Source: a virus
DNA: 64,000 bases
IMG/VR virus record: IMGVR_UViG_3300037319_000172
Location: 32,001-96,000 of that record
Strand: one strand, 5' to 3'
Below are positions 21,514 to 31,204 of the stretch, one piece after another; within the stretch, counting starts at the first letter, position 1, and every line of letters starts with the position of its first letter. The notes beneath the pieces were generated by a model. The model was not told where the DNA came from, searched no databases, and saw only the letters and a list, made by a program, of their open reading frames with translations. Made by a program: the position numbers and the translations under genes.

Positions 21514-21892
21514 TCTTTCTCGCTATTAAAGATTGCTGTGCTTCTTTCCTTAGAGATTTTATTACTTTTTTGTCTTCTTTAAGAGTTTCTGGATCTCTTA
21601 ATGTCTGTATAGTCCATGCTTCTTCTAATTTTAGAATTTCACTATCGTTATATCCAGTCTCAGACCAAGTTTGCTTTGACGCATTTAGTTTTAATTGAAG
21701 TTGATCTTCAATAGAATCATTAACCCTATTAGTGTGTGCGCTTTCAGCAGCAGTCCCATCTTCTCTCATTTTACCGTACCACGCCCTAGCTTGTGGAGAG
21801 AAAAAACCGAATTGATTTTTAATCTTTAAGAATCCAGCATCATTAAAATCTTGTCTTCTTTGCTTTCTTGCACTCGTAGTTCCTTTACCCAT
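21500..21892 (-). CDS. Hypothetical protein
   Basis: 130 aa; GATAAATA motif upstream at 21921. Confidence 0.6.
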   Translation of the reverse strand: MGKGTTSARKQRRQDFNDAGFLKIKNQFGFFSPQARAWYGKMREDGTAAESAHTNRVNDSIEDQLQLKLNASKQTWSETGYNDSEILKLEEAWTIQTLRDPETLKEDKKVIKSLRKEAQQSLIARKNARD

Positions 21893-21940
21893 TATATTGT
21901 TTTAAATTAATTGATATTAATATTTATCTGAATTAGTATA

Positions 21941-22435
21941 CTACTGGTAATATTGTTCTAGAAATGTAGTTATATTTTCTTTAACATATACGTGTAGCTT
22001 CTCTATCTCTATTTGACTAGAAGCAGCAGCTGCTATTTCTTCGTTTAAATCTTCGTCTTCCATTCCTCCTGCTAGGATAGAATACAATTCAGGAGTTGGT
22101 ATATTTAAGTTAATAGTAATAGGAACGCTAACTACATTCTTTTTACTCATTTTTGTTATCATTTTACCCATAATAGATACTGGAGCAGCTTCCACTGCTT
22201 TAGTTTCTGTAACTGGTTTCTTATTTGTCTTAGGTGCAACACCTACTGGACTTGGAAAAGGCAGTACGCCATCGACAACAGGTTCTAGAAATTCAGACAC
22301 AAGAGTTCTAAATATCCTTTCGCCGTTTGTAAAATTTATAAACTTTTCATCTGCGTTTAAAACATCAACAACTTCACCGAAATTGTCTCCTTTTCTCCAT
22401 TGATACTGTTTTGAATTTTCTTTCACTTCTGTCAT
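21941..22435 (-). CDS. Hypothetical protein
   Basis: 164 aa; class II promoter upstream (22452-22478). Confidence 0.65.
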   Translation of the reverse strand: MTEVKENSKQYQWRKGDNFGEVVDVLNADEKFINFTNGERIFRTLVSEFLEPVVDGVLPFPSPVGVAPKTNKKPVTETKAVEAAPVSIMGKMITKMSKKNVVSVPITINLNIPTPELYSILAGGMEDEDLNEEIAAAASSQIEIEKLHVYVKENITTFLEQYYQ

Positions 22436-22466
22436 TTTAAATTATTTAATAGTTATATTAAAAAAA

Positions 22467-22664
22467 CTAGTTTTGTTTATTTTTAGACTTAAGATTTTTA
22501 TTATGTTCTGTAGAGAACGTATCTATATAGTCTATAGATTCTGGAGAACCTATCAATGCGTCGGGACTCGTTACGTATATTTTATAGAACATAGTCGATC
22601 CTATCATTGATAATCTTTCTTTTAAATCTTCTAGTTCTGGTACAAATCTTTTATTAAATCCCAT
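22467..22664 (-). CDS. Conserved small phage protein (MGFNKR N-terminus)
   Basis: 65 aa, coupled to the dCMP deaminase gene. Confidence 0.6.
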   Translation of the reverse strand: MGFNKRFVPELEDLKERLSMIGSTMFYKIYVTSPDALIGSPESIDYIDTFSTEHNKNLKSKNKQN

Positions 22665-23172
22665 TCCATGTATTTACTTGTTCAACTCCTATGCCTGCAT
22701 TTTTTAATAAATCAACGCCACTCATATCTCTATAATCTTCAGTGTAATACACTTTAGATATTCCCGCTTGTATAATTAATTTAGCACATCCGAAACAAGG
22801 ACATGTTGTTGTATATAGCTCAGCGCCTAAACAACTCATCGTAGATTTTGCAACTTTCATTATTGCGTTTGATTCAGCATGTAAAACAGCAGGCTTAGTC
22901 GCTTGTGATTCTTTAGTACAAACTCCTCGATCACATTCATATCCTTGTTCCATTAAATCTAATGCAATATCTGGATTTTCATAATGATGTCTAGTAATTA
23001 TAGGTTCTTCACATACATTGTTAAAACCATGCGGCATTCCATTATATCCAAACGAAATAACTTGATGGTCTTTAACAATAATACATCCTACCTTTCTTCT
23101 TTCAGCATAACTCAATTTAGAAAACTGATAAGCTGTTTGCATGTATACTAATTCAATTGGTATCTTTGGCAT
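22654..23172 (-). CDS. dCMP deaminase
   Basis: GYNG, HAESNA and PCFGC zinc-binding motifs; IIQAGI. Confidence 0.92.
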   Translation of the reverse strand: MPKIPIELVYMQTAYQFSKLSYAERRKVGCIIVKDHQVISFGYNGMPHGFNNVCEEPIITRHHYENPDIALDLMEQGYECDRGVCTKESQATKPAVLHAESNAIMKVAKSTMSCLGAELYTTTCPCFGCAKLIIQAGISKVYYTEDYRDMSGVDLLKNAGIGVEQVNTWNGI

Positions 23173-23192
23173 ATTATTATATTATTATAATA

Positions 23193-23219
23193 TTTATACC
23201 AATTAATCTAGTATTGTTT
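23193..23219 (-). promoter_or_regulatory. Class II promoter AAAC-N17-TATAA
   Basis: rc AAAC AATACTAGATTAATTGG TATAAA upstream of dCMP deaminase. Confidence 0.7.
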
Positions 23220-23222
23220 ACG

Positions 23223-23249
23223 AAAAAAGCCCGGATAGATCCGAGCTTT
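23223..23249 (-). terminator. Intrinsic terminator
   Basis: rc AAAGCTCGGATCTATCCGGGCTTTTTT. Confidence 0.8.
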
Positions 23250-23273
23250 AAGTTAATTTATATTGTAAGTGTA

Positions 23274-23900
23274 TTAGTAGTTTTCTTGTTCTGAGATGTA
23301 TTCCTCAATATCGTTTTGATCTTTTTTTGATTTTAACATCTTCACTACTTGATCAGCTATGCCTTTAACTGAACGTTCGTTGTGACCTGATTCGTAACAA
23401 AAAGAAAGCTTTCCATCCTGTTTAATAGGCCAACATATTGAGTCTGCCTCTATATCATTGTCAGCATACCATTGTTGGATCTTATATGTTTTCATATCAA
23501 CAGAAAATGCCGGGTAACTTCCTCTTCTAACAGATTCAGCTACATCAATAGCGTCTCCCGATAATTCAGATTCTTTTAATTCAGTAATTTTATCAGTATA
23601 AGATTCAACCATTTTATTACAAGCTGCTTCGAATGCTTCAGTTGAATATTCTTCTTTCATTTCCTTTAATGCCCCAACAGCTAATGTAGCTATTAACGCA
23701 GCATTTTCAGACATGTAAGATTCTACAGTGTGAGAATCATGTGCATCATCTTCGTATACTTTAGCTTCGTTCTTACAAGACTCGTAAACCTTCTCTAACA
23801 TTGAAGATACTGTTTCTTCTACTTTCTCTTCTTTTTCTTTTTTAGATTCTACTTCAGCCTGCTCATTAAGATATTGGCTATATGATTTGAATTTATTCAT
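23274..23900 (-). CDS. Putative head internal/scaffold-like protein (CTS-like N-terminus)
   Basis: MNKFKSYSQYLNE; very acidic. Confidence 0.6.
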   Translation of the reverse strand: MNKFKSYSQYLNEQAEVESKKEKEEKVEETVSSMLEKVYESCKNEAKVYEDDAHDSHTVESYMSENAALIATLAVGALKEMKEEYSTEAFEAACNKMVESYTDKITELKESELSGDAIDVAESVRRGSYPAFSVDMKTYKIQQWYADNDIEADSICWPIKQDGKLSFCYESGHNERSVKGIADQVVKMLKSKKDQNDIEEYISEQENY

Positions 23901-23916
23901 TTTATCTTTCTAATAT

Positions 23917-24927
23917 TTATTTTACAGAAAACATTTCCATTGGTTGCCTGCCAGTTTGCTTTTGAAATGCACGGACAGGTGTTTTGTATCCTTTCTTTTT
24001 ATAATATTTTATTAAATTTTCTTTAGTTGATTTAAAAGAATCTACAATAGTAATGGTTCCGCTATATGTTTTCTTATGTTTGTCATTATCTACAAGTTTA
24101 TATTTACTACTTTCAGTATCTAATACACCACTCGAATACAATAATGCACCGTTGTCACAAACAGAAACATAAGCACTATCATTGAATATACCCCATCCGA
24201 ATTTAGTTTTACCTGTAGTTGCTGGTATGCTACCAATTGGTATTACGTATAATGGCAATACACCGCCTAGATCTGTAATTACATTTATTACGTCATCTGC
24301 ATATTTTTTTAAAATAAGTTGATCAATAATGTCGTAAAATGTTAATGGAATACTTTCATCAGCATTTACGTATATCTTATTTGCTGTTTTACGAGAAACA
24401 GTACATACTATTACTTCATTTTCCTCTTCTATTCCATCTTTATCACCTTCGATAATACCGAAATCCATTAATTCACCATTAACTTTAAGTTTAAAGCTAA
24501 TTTGCTTTCTATAATTTTCGTTAGGATCAAGAATACGCATAATATCTCCATTAAGAGTACCAATACTATCTGAAGTGTAATACTCCATACTACCCCATGT
24601 CAACTCATGATCAGCACTTAATTTATGCTTTAATTTAGTAATCTTTTTAACGTCTGTTTTATCCCAATCATTTGCTTTGACTGTTTTTGGACCAAACGCA
24701 GATGCTTCATTAATAGGTTGTTCCGTTATTGCTTCTTCCTGCTCTTCTACTTTAAAAGTTTCACCTTCAAATTCAAATTCAGAATCTCCAGCTTCTTTAG
24801 CCTTTCTAACTGCGTCCCCAAATGCGTTACCTTCTTCTACTTCTTCCTCTTCGTGCTTAGTTCCTTTATGTTCAAGAGTTTGTTGCTTCTTGATAGAAAA
24901 CTCTTCGAATGATTTTAATTTTGCCAT
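23917..24927 (-). CDS. Putative head internal protein (CTS-like N-terminus)
   Basis: MAKLKSFEEF; acidic propeptide ending ...PINE/A. Confidence 0.6.
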   Translation of the reverse strand: MAKLKSFEEFSIKKQQTLEHKGTKHEEEEVEEGNAFGDAVRKAKEAGDSEFEFEGETFKVEEQEEAITEQPINEASAFGPKTVKANDWDKTDVKKITKLKHKLSADHELTWGSMEYYTSDSIGTLNGDIMRILDPNENYRKQISFKLKVNGELMDFGIIEGDKDGIEEENEVIVCTVSRKTANKIYVNADESIPLTFYDIIDQLILKKYADDVINVITDLGGVLPLYVIPIGSIPATTGKTKFGWGIFNDSAYVSVCDNGALLYSSGVLDTESSKYKLVDNDKHKKTYSGTITIVDSFKSTKENLIKYYKKKGYKTPVRAFQKQTGRQPMEMFSVK

Positions 24928-24960
24928 AATATATTTGTTTTTATTACTTTATATATATAT

Positions 24961-25308
24961 CTATAATATCTTATTGACTTTTAATATCAACTGAGTGGTT
25001 CCTGGAATCAATCTATGTATAACTCCTACTGGTATTTTAACATCAACACCTCTTAATAATTCAACCGGTAATTCATTATCATATTGAAATCTCCAATCAT
25101 TATCTTCTAATACTTCGAGTATTCGAGTCTCATCATCGGCATGCCATTTATAAAGGTAATCAGGATATCCTGTTTCAAATGTTCTAATAACTATAGAATC
25201 TGATATGATGTGTTCAGTAAATGGTTTGGTTTGGTCATTTATATTAGACACAAGTTGTTCCATCGTCATATCACCACACTTACATGATTTACATTTACAA
25301 TCTACCAT
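24961..25308 (-). CDS. Cupin-like small protein
   Basis: WHAD...E...IPVGVIHRL cupin motif pair. Confidence 0.6.
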   Translation of the reverse strand: MVDCKCKSCKCGDMTMEQLVSNINDQTKPFTEHIISDSIVIRTFETGYPDYLYKWHADDETRILEVLEDNDWRFQYDNELPVELLRGVDVKIPVGVIHRLIPGTTQLILKVNKIL

Positions 25309-25841
25309 GGGTTATCGCTTTTAAGTCCTAATTGCTTTCCAAAAAGTGTAGGCCCATAACATGCCCAGAATCCAGCTTTCATTGGATCCATCTTTTTAGT
25401 TTGATCACATTGATGTCTAGCCCAAAAACTAGCAGCCTTTCCTGCATCATCGTTTTTAACTGTAAGATTAGGATCTCCCCACTCTACTTTCTTTGCTAAT
25501 ACATTTCCTTCTTTGTCCTTTCTACCGCCGTCTCTATATACTATAAACTTCTTACCTCCTCCTCTTTCTGGAGAATCTAATTTTACTTTAACTGTTTTTC
25601 CTCCTCTTGGAGTATATAGTGCAGGTTTACCTACATCTAGATTTTTAGCCATCCATCCGCTAGGTCCTTTAAGAATAACATTATTCTTGTCCCAATACTG
25701 TTTTACTTCTTCAAACAACTTTGAATAAGAATCGCTTCCTAATCTAAAAAAAGAAGTAGTAAGATCTAAATCTTCTTTAATATGTGCCTTTAGCTCCGGA
25801 GATACGTTATCCCAATCTTCAAATGTTTTTATAAATTTCAT
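25302..25841 (-). CDS. Putative head internal protein (CTS-like N-terminus), conserved viral C-terminal domain
   Basis: MKFIKTFEDW; KVEWGDP...SFWARHQC...FWAC motif recalled from T4-like and giant-virus proteins. Confidence 0.6.
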   Translation of the reverse strand: MKFIKTFEDWDNVSPELKAHIKEDLDLTTSFFRLGSDSYSKLFEEVKQYWDKNNVILKGPSGWMAKNLDVGKPALYTPRGGKTVKVKLDSPERGGGKKFIVYRDGGRKDKEGNVLAKKVEWGDPNLTVKNDDAGKAASFWARHQCDQTKKMDPMKAGFWACYGPTLFGKQLGLKSDNPW

Positions 25842-25850
25842 ACTAGTATT

Positions 25851-26153
25851 TTATTTCATGTTATCTATTAAGTCCTGTCTTCCTAATTGTTTATAAACTT
25901 CTTTACGAACCTTTTCCATCTTCTCAGCATACTTTGGATCTTCTTTACGATTAAACACAACCTGCTGTGTTAATGATCCACTTATCTTTTTAACATCTTT
26001 ATCACGAGTCTTTATTAACCATGCTGCTAAATCCTTGATACCTAAATCCTTGAATCTTCCTTCAGCCTCAGGAGCATCTGACTTATGAAAGTCAGGAGCA
26101 CCTGCTGGTTTCTTTTCATTTAAATATTCCTCAAATATTTTTATAAATTTCAT
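25851..26153 (-). CDS. Putative head internal protein (CTS-like N-terminus)
   Basis: MKFIKIFEEYLNE. Confidence 0.6.
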   Translation of the reverse strand: MKFIKIFEEYLNEKKPAGAPDFHKSDAPEAEGRFKDLGIKDLAAWLIKTRDKDVKKISGSLTQQVVFNRKEDPKYAEKMEKVRKEVYKQLGRQDLIDNMK

Positions 26154-26154
26154 A

Positions 26155-26616
26155 TTATTCTTTTTCTGGTTTCCATGGAAGTTTAGAATCTTTACCAGAG
26201 TCTCTCACTTCTTTCGCTAGATCTTTGTCTGCGTTTTGCCAAGTTCCTTTTCCTTTGTCTAAGAATGCATTAACTCTAGCATATCCCCATGCTTCCTGTG
26301 GTACTCCAGGGTGGTGGCTTGAATTCCAAGCTCCCATTCCTCTTCGCATTACAGCTCTTATAATTCCTATTGGTACTCCAGAGCTTTTAGCTTTTTTATC
26401 AAGAGCAGTGTTTACTCCTTTTCCAGCAAGTTTTGCTCTAGAAGTTGTTTTCTCTTTGTCTTCAGCCTCACCGATAAAATTAGGCGTGTTATCATGATTA
26501 CATTTATGACATAAAAATACATCATTACCCCCATCTTGAATTTTCCAATCCCATCCGCAACCGTCACACGTTATAGTGTTAACTGTGAATTCTTCAAATA
26601 ATTGCAAATACTTCAT
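26155..26616 (-). CDS. Putative head internal protein with zinc ribbon and conserved viral domain (DUF5824-like, tentative)
   Basis: MKYLQLFEEF; CDGC...CHKC; RRGMGAW...QEAWGYARVNAFL. Confidence 0.55.
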   Translation of the reverse strand: MKYLQLFEEFTVNTITCDGCGWDWKIQDGGNDVFLCHKCNHDNTPNFIGEAEDKEKTTSRAKLAGKGVNTALDKKAKSSGVPIGIIRAVMRRGMGAWNSSHHPGVPQEAWGYARVNAFLDKGKGTWQNADKDLAKEVRDSGKDSKLPWKPEKE

Positions 26617-27416
26617 TATAATTCCTTTTCTATTTTTTTGTTTAGCTTAATAATTTCTTTATTGTTTGATACTATACTTTCTTCTTTTGACTCTACATTA
26701 AAATATTTCCAACTTTTAATAAGTTGCAATTTACGATCTAACTGTGCCTTATCGAATTTACTTTCATCAAAATCGTAGTTTTTATCTGCACCGTTCTTAA
26801 CAACTCCAGCCCATGTGTATATTACAAAATCATCATCTTTATTTTGAACTTCCTGCCAAACATCCTCATCAGTTAATTTTGAATTCCTTTGTAAATCTAC
26901 TGTTAGTCTTTCGATTCTTTCTTTTTTTCTAATAACCTCTGTATTTAATTTTTCTAATTTAGATAACTTTTTAATTCTAGCAGAATAAGCCTTAGACCTT
27001 TCGCTTCTACCAGTTACTGGAAGATTCGTTTTAGTAATATATCTATAGTGTCTTACTTGAATTTGTCCACTTGCAATAATTACATCAGTTTCTAATCTAT
27101 ATCCTTTATCCTCTCTTAATACTCCTGCATTTATTTTCATAGTACCATTCCTTCCTCGAGATGTATTGATATCTGTAAGAGTATCTGTTGGTAGTGTGTA
27201 TTTTTCTAAAGATTTAAGTAGATTTAATGTTATATCCAATCGAGTGCTTTCTGCGTCTAGCTTAGAGAACTCTCTTTTCATTTCGTGAGTATAGTAGTGT
27301 TCAACATCCTTAATCATTTTAAGAATGTTAGGTTCTATTGCTGATAATATAGAATCTATTAAGTCGTTTGACTTAGATTCGTTTAAAAATTGATCGTATG
27401 TTTTAATTCTATTCAT
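26616..27416 (-). CDS. Putative head internal protein (CTS-like N-terminus)
   Basis: MNRIKTYDQFLNE; IQVRHYRYI. Confidence 0.6.
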   Translation of the reverse strand: MNRIKTYDQFLNESKSNDLIDSILSAIEPNILKMIKDVEHYYTHEMKREFSKLDAESTRLDITLNLLKSLEKYTLPTDTLTDINTSRGRNGTMKINAGVLREDKGYRLETDVIIASGQIQVRHYRYITKTNLPVTGRSERSKAYSARIKKLSKLEKLNTEVIRKKERIERLTVDLQRNSKLTDEDVWQEVQNKDDDFVIYTWAGVVKNGADKNYDFDESKFDKAQLDRKLQLIKSWKYFNVESKEESIVSNNKEIIKLNKKIEKEL

Positions 27417-27426
27417 GTAGTATATA

Positions 27427-28356
27427 TTAAGATAAAATTAGCTCATTCATGAATTCTTTTCTGTATTTGATTAAAGCTAATTCTTTTGCTTTAACTTCTA
27501 GTTCTATATCAATATCCATGTTATAAGTTTCAATTTTTTCATAAATATAATCAGCATGAGCTCTTAGTATAACTGAATCATCTTCGTGTAATTTTTTTGA
27601 AGAAGAATAGTGACATAGTTGACGAATGCCGGCTGGCCATGTTTTAGCACATAATTCTAATGCATCTTTTTCAGGCATTGGATCTTCATAACATCTATGG
27701 TGGTGGTAATCAAACGTGATTGGAGTGCCACATGATTCGAATATTCTATATAAATCTTCTACGCCGTATTGAGAAGGCTTGTCATCATTTTCTAGAACCA
27801 ATCTTGTTTTAACAGTTTCAGGTAAACTTGGCCATACATCTATAAATCTTTGTATTGCAGCTTCTTTATCGCCATAAGAACCGCCAACGTGTATATTCAT
27901 AGCAGAGTTATGATCTCTAGCAAATCCCATTAAATCCATGATTTCGCCAGACTTACGCAATTCATTGATAGCACTTACAACAACTTTAGGAGTTGGACTT
28001 ACTAGCACGCAGAATTGACCAGGATGAAACGTTAATCTTTGGCCGTATGATCTTGCTAAAGTACCTGCACCTTTAAGTAGGTTTTTAATAACTGTATAGT
28101 TTGGCATTTCGCTGAATTCGTATTCACTCATCCAAGGAAACATACTAGAACTCATTCGATACATTGTAATTCCTTGTGAATGATTCCACTTTATAATTTC
28201 AATAAGATCTCGAAGGTTAGCTTCAGCTAATTCACTTGCATATTTTATACCTTTGGCAGTAAATGTACGTTTGATCATACTTCTACCTATTTTAATATCT
28301 TTTTCTTTTTGGAGAGTTAAATTAATACAACAATATCCGTAGTCTGCTTTTCCCAT
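27427..28356 (-). CDS. uvsE: UV damage endonuclease UvsE/UVDE
   Basis: GYCCIN, YRMSS, RLTFHPGQF, NIHVGG, LVLENDD, FDYHHH, HADY, EVKAKE. Confidence 0.93.
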   Translation of the reverse strand: MGKADYGYCCINLTLQKEKDIKIGRSMIKRTFTAKGIKYASELAEANLRDLIEIIKWNHSQGITMYRMSSSMFPWMSEYEFSEMPNYTVIKNLLKGAGTLARSYGQRLTFHPGQFCVLVSPTPKVVVSAINELRKSGEIMDLMGFARDHNSAMNIHVGGSYGDKEAAIQRFIDVWPSLPETVKTRLVLENDDKPSQYGVEDLYRIFESCGTPITFDYHHHRCYEDPMPEKDALELCAKTWPAGIRQLCHYSSSKKLHEDDSVILRAHADYIYEKIETYNMDIDIELEVKAKELALIKYRKEFMNELILS

Positions 28357-28366
28357 GTTTTGATGT

Positions 28367-28404
28367 TTATTAGTTATATGTAAATATAATACTTTTAATT
28401 GATA
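28367..28404 (-). promoter_or_regulatory. Class I promoter repeat, copy 2 (uvsE)
   Basis: rc TATCAATTAAAAGTATTATATTTACATATAACTAATAA. Confidence 0.8.
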
Positions 28405-28423
28405 TACGAAAATAAAGAGTGAT

Positions 28424-28684
28424 TTAATCTACGTATTCTGATACGTTTTCTAATGTAAACCATTTTTTAGGTCTTCCGTCTATTTGTTTAAACTGATTAT
28501 ATTCTGATTCTGAATATGCGTAAGCTGCTGCCGCAAAGAATCCGTTATCTACTACGCATACCATGTTTTCTATGAATGCAGAATCATCAACATGAATCGC
28601 TCCCATTTTTGATAGCTTTTCACATTTTGAATTGAATGAACTTCCTAATTGAATTCCTTTGATTTGATTTACGTATTTTCCCAT
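28424..28684 (-). CDS. Hypothetical protein
   Basis: 86 aa; VCVVDNGFF.AA motif. Confidence 0.65.
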   Translation of the reverse strand: MGKYVNQIKGIQLGSSFNSKCEKLSKMGAIHVDDSAFIENMVCVVDNGFFAAAAYAYSESEYNQFKQIDGRPKKWFTLENVSEYVD

Positions 28685-28694
28685 GTTTTTTTGT

Positions 28695-29033
28695 TTATTT
28701 TAAATTATTTTTACGGTAATTAGCAACTGACTTAATAATAATTTCTAATCTTGTATCAGGGTTATGTTCTAATACTCTTATAGTATTCATATAGTTACCA
28801 TACTCTGATTTTACCAACCTTTGCTTATTTAATTGGTAAATTACGCGTTGTTTGCTTTTAGTATAATATGATGTATGTGTATAAGATCTTCTAACGTATC
28901 CAGATGCGTAGCTTAAATAATTAACATCCATAAGAACATCACTGAAACATCTAGTTCCATTTTTCTTTTGTGTTTTTGATGTAGTTTCAACTAATTTAAT
29001 AGAGTGTAATTTGGTGTTTAAGTAATTTTGCAT
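28695..29033 (-). CDS. Hypothetical early protein
   Basis: 112 aa directly behind a class I promoter; SGYVRR...YQLN. Confidence 0.65.
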   Translation of the reverse strand: MQNYLNTKLHSIKLVETTSKTQKKNGTRCFSDVLMDVNYLSYASGYVRRSYTHTSYYTKSKQRVIYQLNKQRLVKSEYGNYMNTIRVLEHNPDTRLEIIIKSVANYRKNNLK

Positions 29034-29043
29034 AATATGATTG

Positions 29044-29081
29044 TTATTAGTTATAAGTAAATATAATCATTTTATATGATA
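29044..29081 (-). promoter_or_regulatory. Class I promoter repeat, copy 3
   Basis: rc TATCATATAAAATGATTATATTTACTTATAACTAATAA. Confidence 0.8.
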
Positions 29082-29139
29082 TACGAAAATCCTAGGACTA
29101 TACTTTTGTTATTTATAATCATTATAGATAAGACTGCAT

Positions 29140-29161
29140 AAAAAAAGGGACCGAAGTCCCT
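29140..29161 (-). terminator. Intrinsic terminator with cUUCGg tetraloop
   Basis: rc AGGGACTTCGGTCCCTTTTTT. Confidence 0.9.
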
Positions 29162-29180
29162 GATCGACTGGCAGTCAATC

Positions 29181-29525
29181 TTATTTCCAAAAAACCTGGA
29201 TGCATAATATACCAAATGATAATATTATACACAGTAGTGTTTTCGTTGTTATTCCCTCATCCATCATAAAGTAAGTTATCGTGGTAAAAGTAATAATTCC
29301 ACATGCGAATCCAATAAACCTGCCTGGCCATATAGATCCATCGTAGTATTCTGCAACGTATCTAGTGGCATATATAAAAATATAGCTTATTATTGTTCCA
29401 CCTGTTATAGATAATATAATTGGATTCCTTTTAAACCAAGGCCATATAAATTGACCGTTAGTTTGAAACCAAATGAGCGCCTGTGCTAGCGTGAACAGCG
29501 CAACTCCAGTTATTAATCCTCTCAT
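29181..29525 (-). CDS. Four-helix membrane protein (SMR/DMT-like size)
   Basis: 114 aa with four hydrophobic segments. Confidence 0.6.
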   Translation of the reverse strand: MRGLITGVALFTLAQALIWFQTNGQFIWPWFKRNPIILSITGGTIISYIFIYATRYVAEYYDGSIWPGRFIGFACGIITFTTITYFMMDEGITTKTLLCIILSFGILCIQVFWK

Positions 29526-30164
29526 TTAAAATAATTCCCCTGATGTGGTTAGTAGATGAGATATGAAACTATCTCTATGGTGTATATTTGATCCTGTTTC
29601 TCTAATCGCAGTTATATGTTGTTTAGTACCGTATCCTTTATTTGAATTCCAGCCATATATCATGAATTCTTCATTTTCGCTTAATTCTTTCATTAAAGAA
29701 TCTCTTCCAGTTTTAGCAAGAATAGAAGCTGCTGCAATTGATGTGTATTTATTATCACCACCGACTATTGTCTCAAACGGAACTCCATCATATCCATGAA
29801 ATTGATCTCCGTCTACTAATATAAAATCAAATTGTTTTTCGTTTTTATCTAGATTTACTAAACATCTTCGCATTCCTTCTAGAGTTGCTCTAAGAATATT
29901 CATATGTTCTATGTCTTTTACATCGACATGTTCTACATGATACGCTATTGCATTCTCTAAAACGATTTCACGAGCTAGTTTTCTTTCCTTTTCGTTAAGA
30001 AGTTTTGAGTCTTTAATTAATGGATGTTGAAAATTATGAGGCATTATACAAGCAGCAACAGTAACGGGGCCCGCTAGAGCGCCTCTTCCTGCCTCATCAA
30101 TTCCAACTTCTGTTATTGTTATATCTTTATTGAATGATCCTTTTAGTAAGATGTGTTTAGACAT
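29526..30164 (-). CDS. rnhB: Ribonuclease HII
   Basis: GIDEAGRGALAGPV, DSK, VDG, IAAASILAK, NKGYGT, HRDSF. Confidence 0.95.
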   Translation of the reverse strand: MSKHILLKGSFNKDITITEVGIDEAGRGALAGPVTVAACIMPHNFQHPLIKDSKLLNEKERKLAREIVLENAIAYHVEHVDVKDIEHMNILRATLEGMRRCLVNLDKNEKQFDFILVDGDQFHGYDGVPFETIVGGDNKYTSIAAASILAKTGRDSLMKELSENEEFMIYGWNSNKGYGTKQHITAIRETGSNIHHRDSFISHLLTTSGELF

Positions 30165-30181
30165 ATATAGTTATTTTAGAT

Positions 30182-30208
30182 ATTATACTTAAATATCTGG
30201 AATAGTTT
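30182..30208 (-). promoter_or_regulatory. Class II promoter AAAC-N17-TATAAT (rnhB)
   Basis: rc AAAC TATTCCAGATATTTAAG TATAAT. Confidence 0.75.
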
Positions 30209-30210
30209 AC

Positions 30211-30927
30211 TTATTCGTTGTCTAATTTCCATTTATCATACCTTTTAACTACATCTATAAGAATTTTAGCTCTTACGATATCTTTTTCAGTAAATGCGTG
30301 GTGTCCAATTCCTTTAATACCTTTCATTAATTCTGTAAAAGGTTCTATTCCTGCAGAATTCTTAGATATATCATATTGACTCACATCACCTGTTATGATC
30401 ACTTTAGAAGTCTTTCCCATTCTGGTAACAAATAACATTAACTGTTTAAATGTTGCATTCTGTGCTTCATCAAGTATCATCAGTGAGTCGTCATACGTGT
30501 CTCCTCTCATAAATGCTAAAGGTCTAAATTGTATTATCTCAGACTGTACTAATTGTTCTGTTAGAACTGGTCCTATTATTTTAGTTAAGTTAGAAATATA
30601 TGATTGCATATATGGATCTATTTTTTCTCCGATATCTCCTGGAAGAAATCCTAACTTTTCTCCAGCCTCTTGAATAGGCTTACATAAAATAATGTTTTTG
30701 ATTTTGTTATCTGCAAATAATTTTAATGCAGCGTAACATGCTGTGAATGTTTTTGAAGTTCCAGCAGGACCTGAACAAAAGGTTATATCATTCTCTAATA
30801 TATTTTGTAGATACGCTTTTTGAGATTGTCTTAATTGCGCTTTTATATCTGCTGGTTTAATAATGACTTTACGTCTGTTAATTCTGTTGTTATCGTTTCC
30901 GTTTGTGTTTTCAGAATTCTTCTTCAT
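30211..30927 (-). CDS. phoH: PhoH-like ATPase
   Basis: GPAGTSKT, LGFLPG, FMRG, LDEAQN, TGDVSQ.D. Confidence 0.95.
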   Translation of the reverse strand: MKKNSENTNGNDNNRINRRKVIIKPADIKAQLRQSQKAYLQNILENDITFCSGPAGTSKTFTACYAALKLFADNKIKNIILCKPIQEAGEKLGFLPGDIGEKIDPYMQSYISNLTKIIGPVLTEQLVQSEIIQFRPLAFMRGDTYDDSLMILDEAQNATFKQLMLFVTRMGKTSKVIITGDVSQYDISKNSAGIEPFTELMKGIKGIGHHAFTEKDIVRAKILIDVVKRYDKWKLDNE

Positions 30928-30946
30928 ATAATGTTAGTTGTTATGT

Positions 30947-31204
30947 TTAATCCCCTGCCATTTCGACAAGTTCTTTCAATTTCATTAATTTATCGCACTT
31001 CTCATACTCTTCCAATCTTTCGAAATACTGAACTAAGATATCGATAAATTCGCTTCTTTGTCCAATACCGTGAGGTATCTCGATTATATCATTTCCCTCT
31101 TTGAAAACGACAAATCTATTCACTGTCTTTGTGAAGTTACGTGTTATTGTGTAATACGAAGATCTCATTAAAGAGTCTCTGTCTTCTCCTAGGATATCTT
31201 TCAT
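30947..31204 (-). CDS. Small protein with C-terminal UVR-like motif
   Basis: YFERLEEYEKCDKL. Confidence 0.7.
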   Translation of the reverse strand: MKDILGEDRDSLMRSSYYTITRNFTKTVNRFVVFKEGNDIIEIPHGIGQRSEFIDILVQYFERLEEYEKCDKLMKLKELVEMAGD

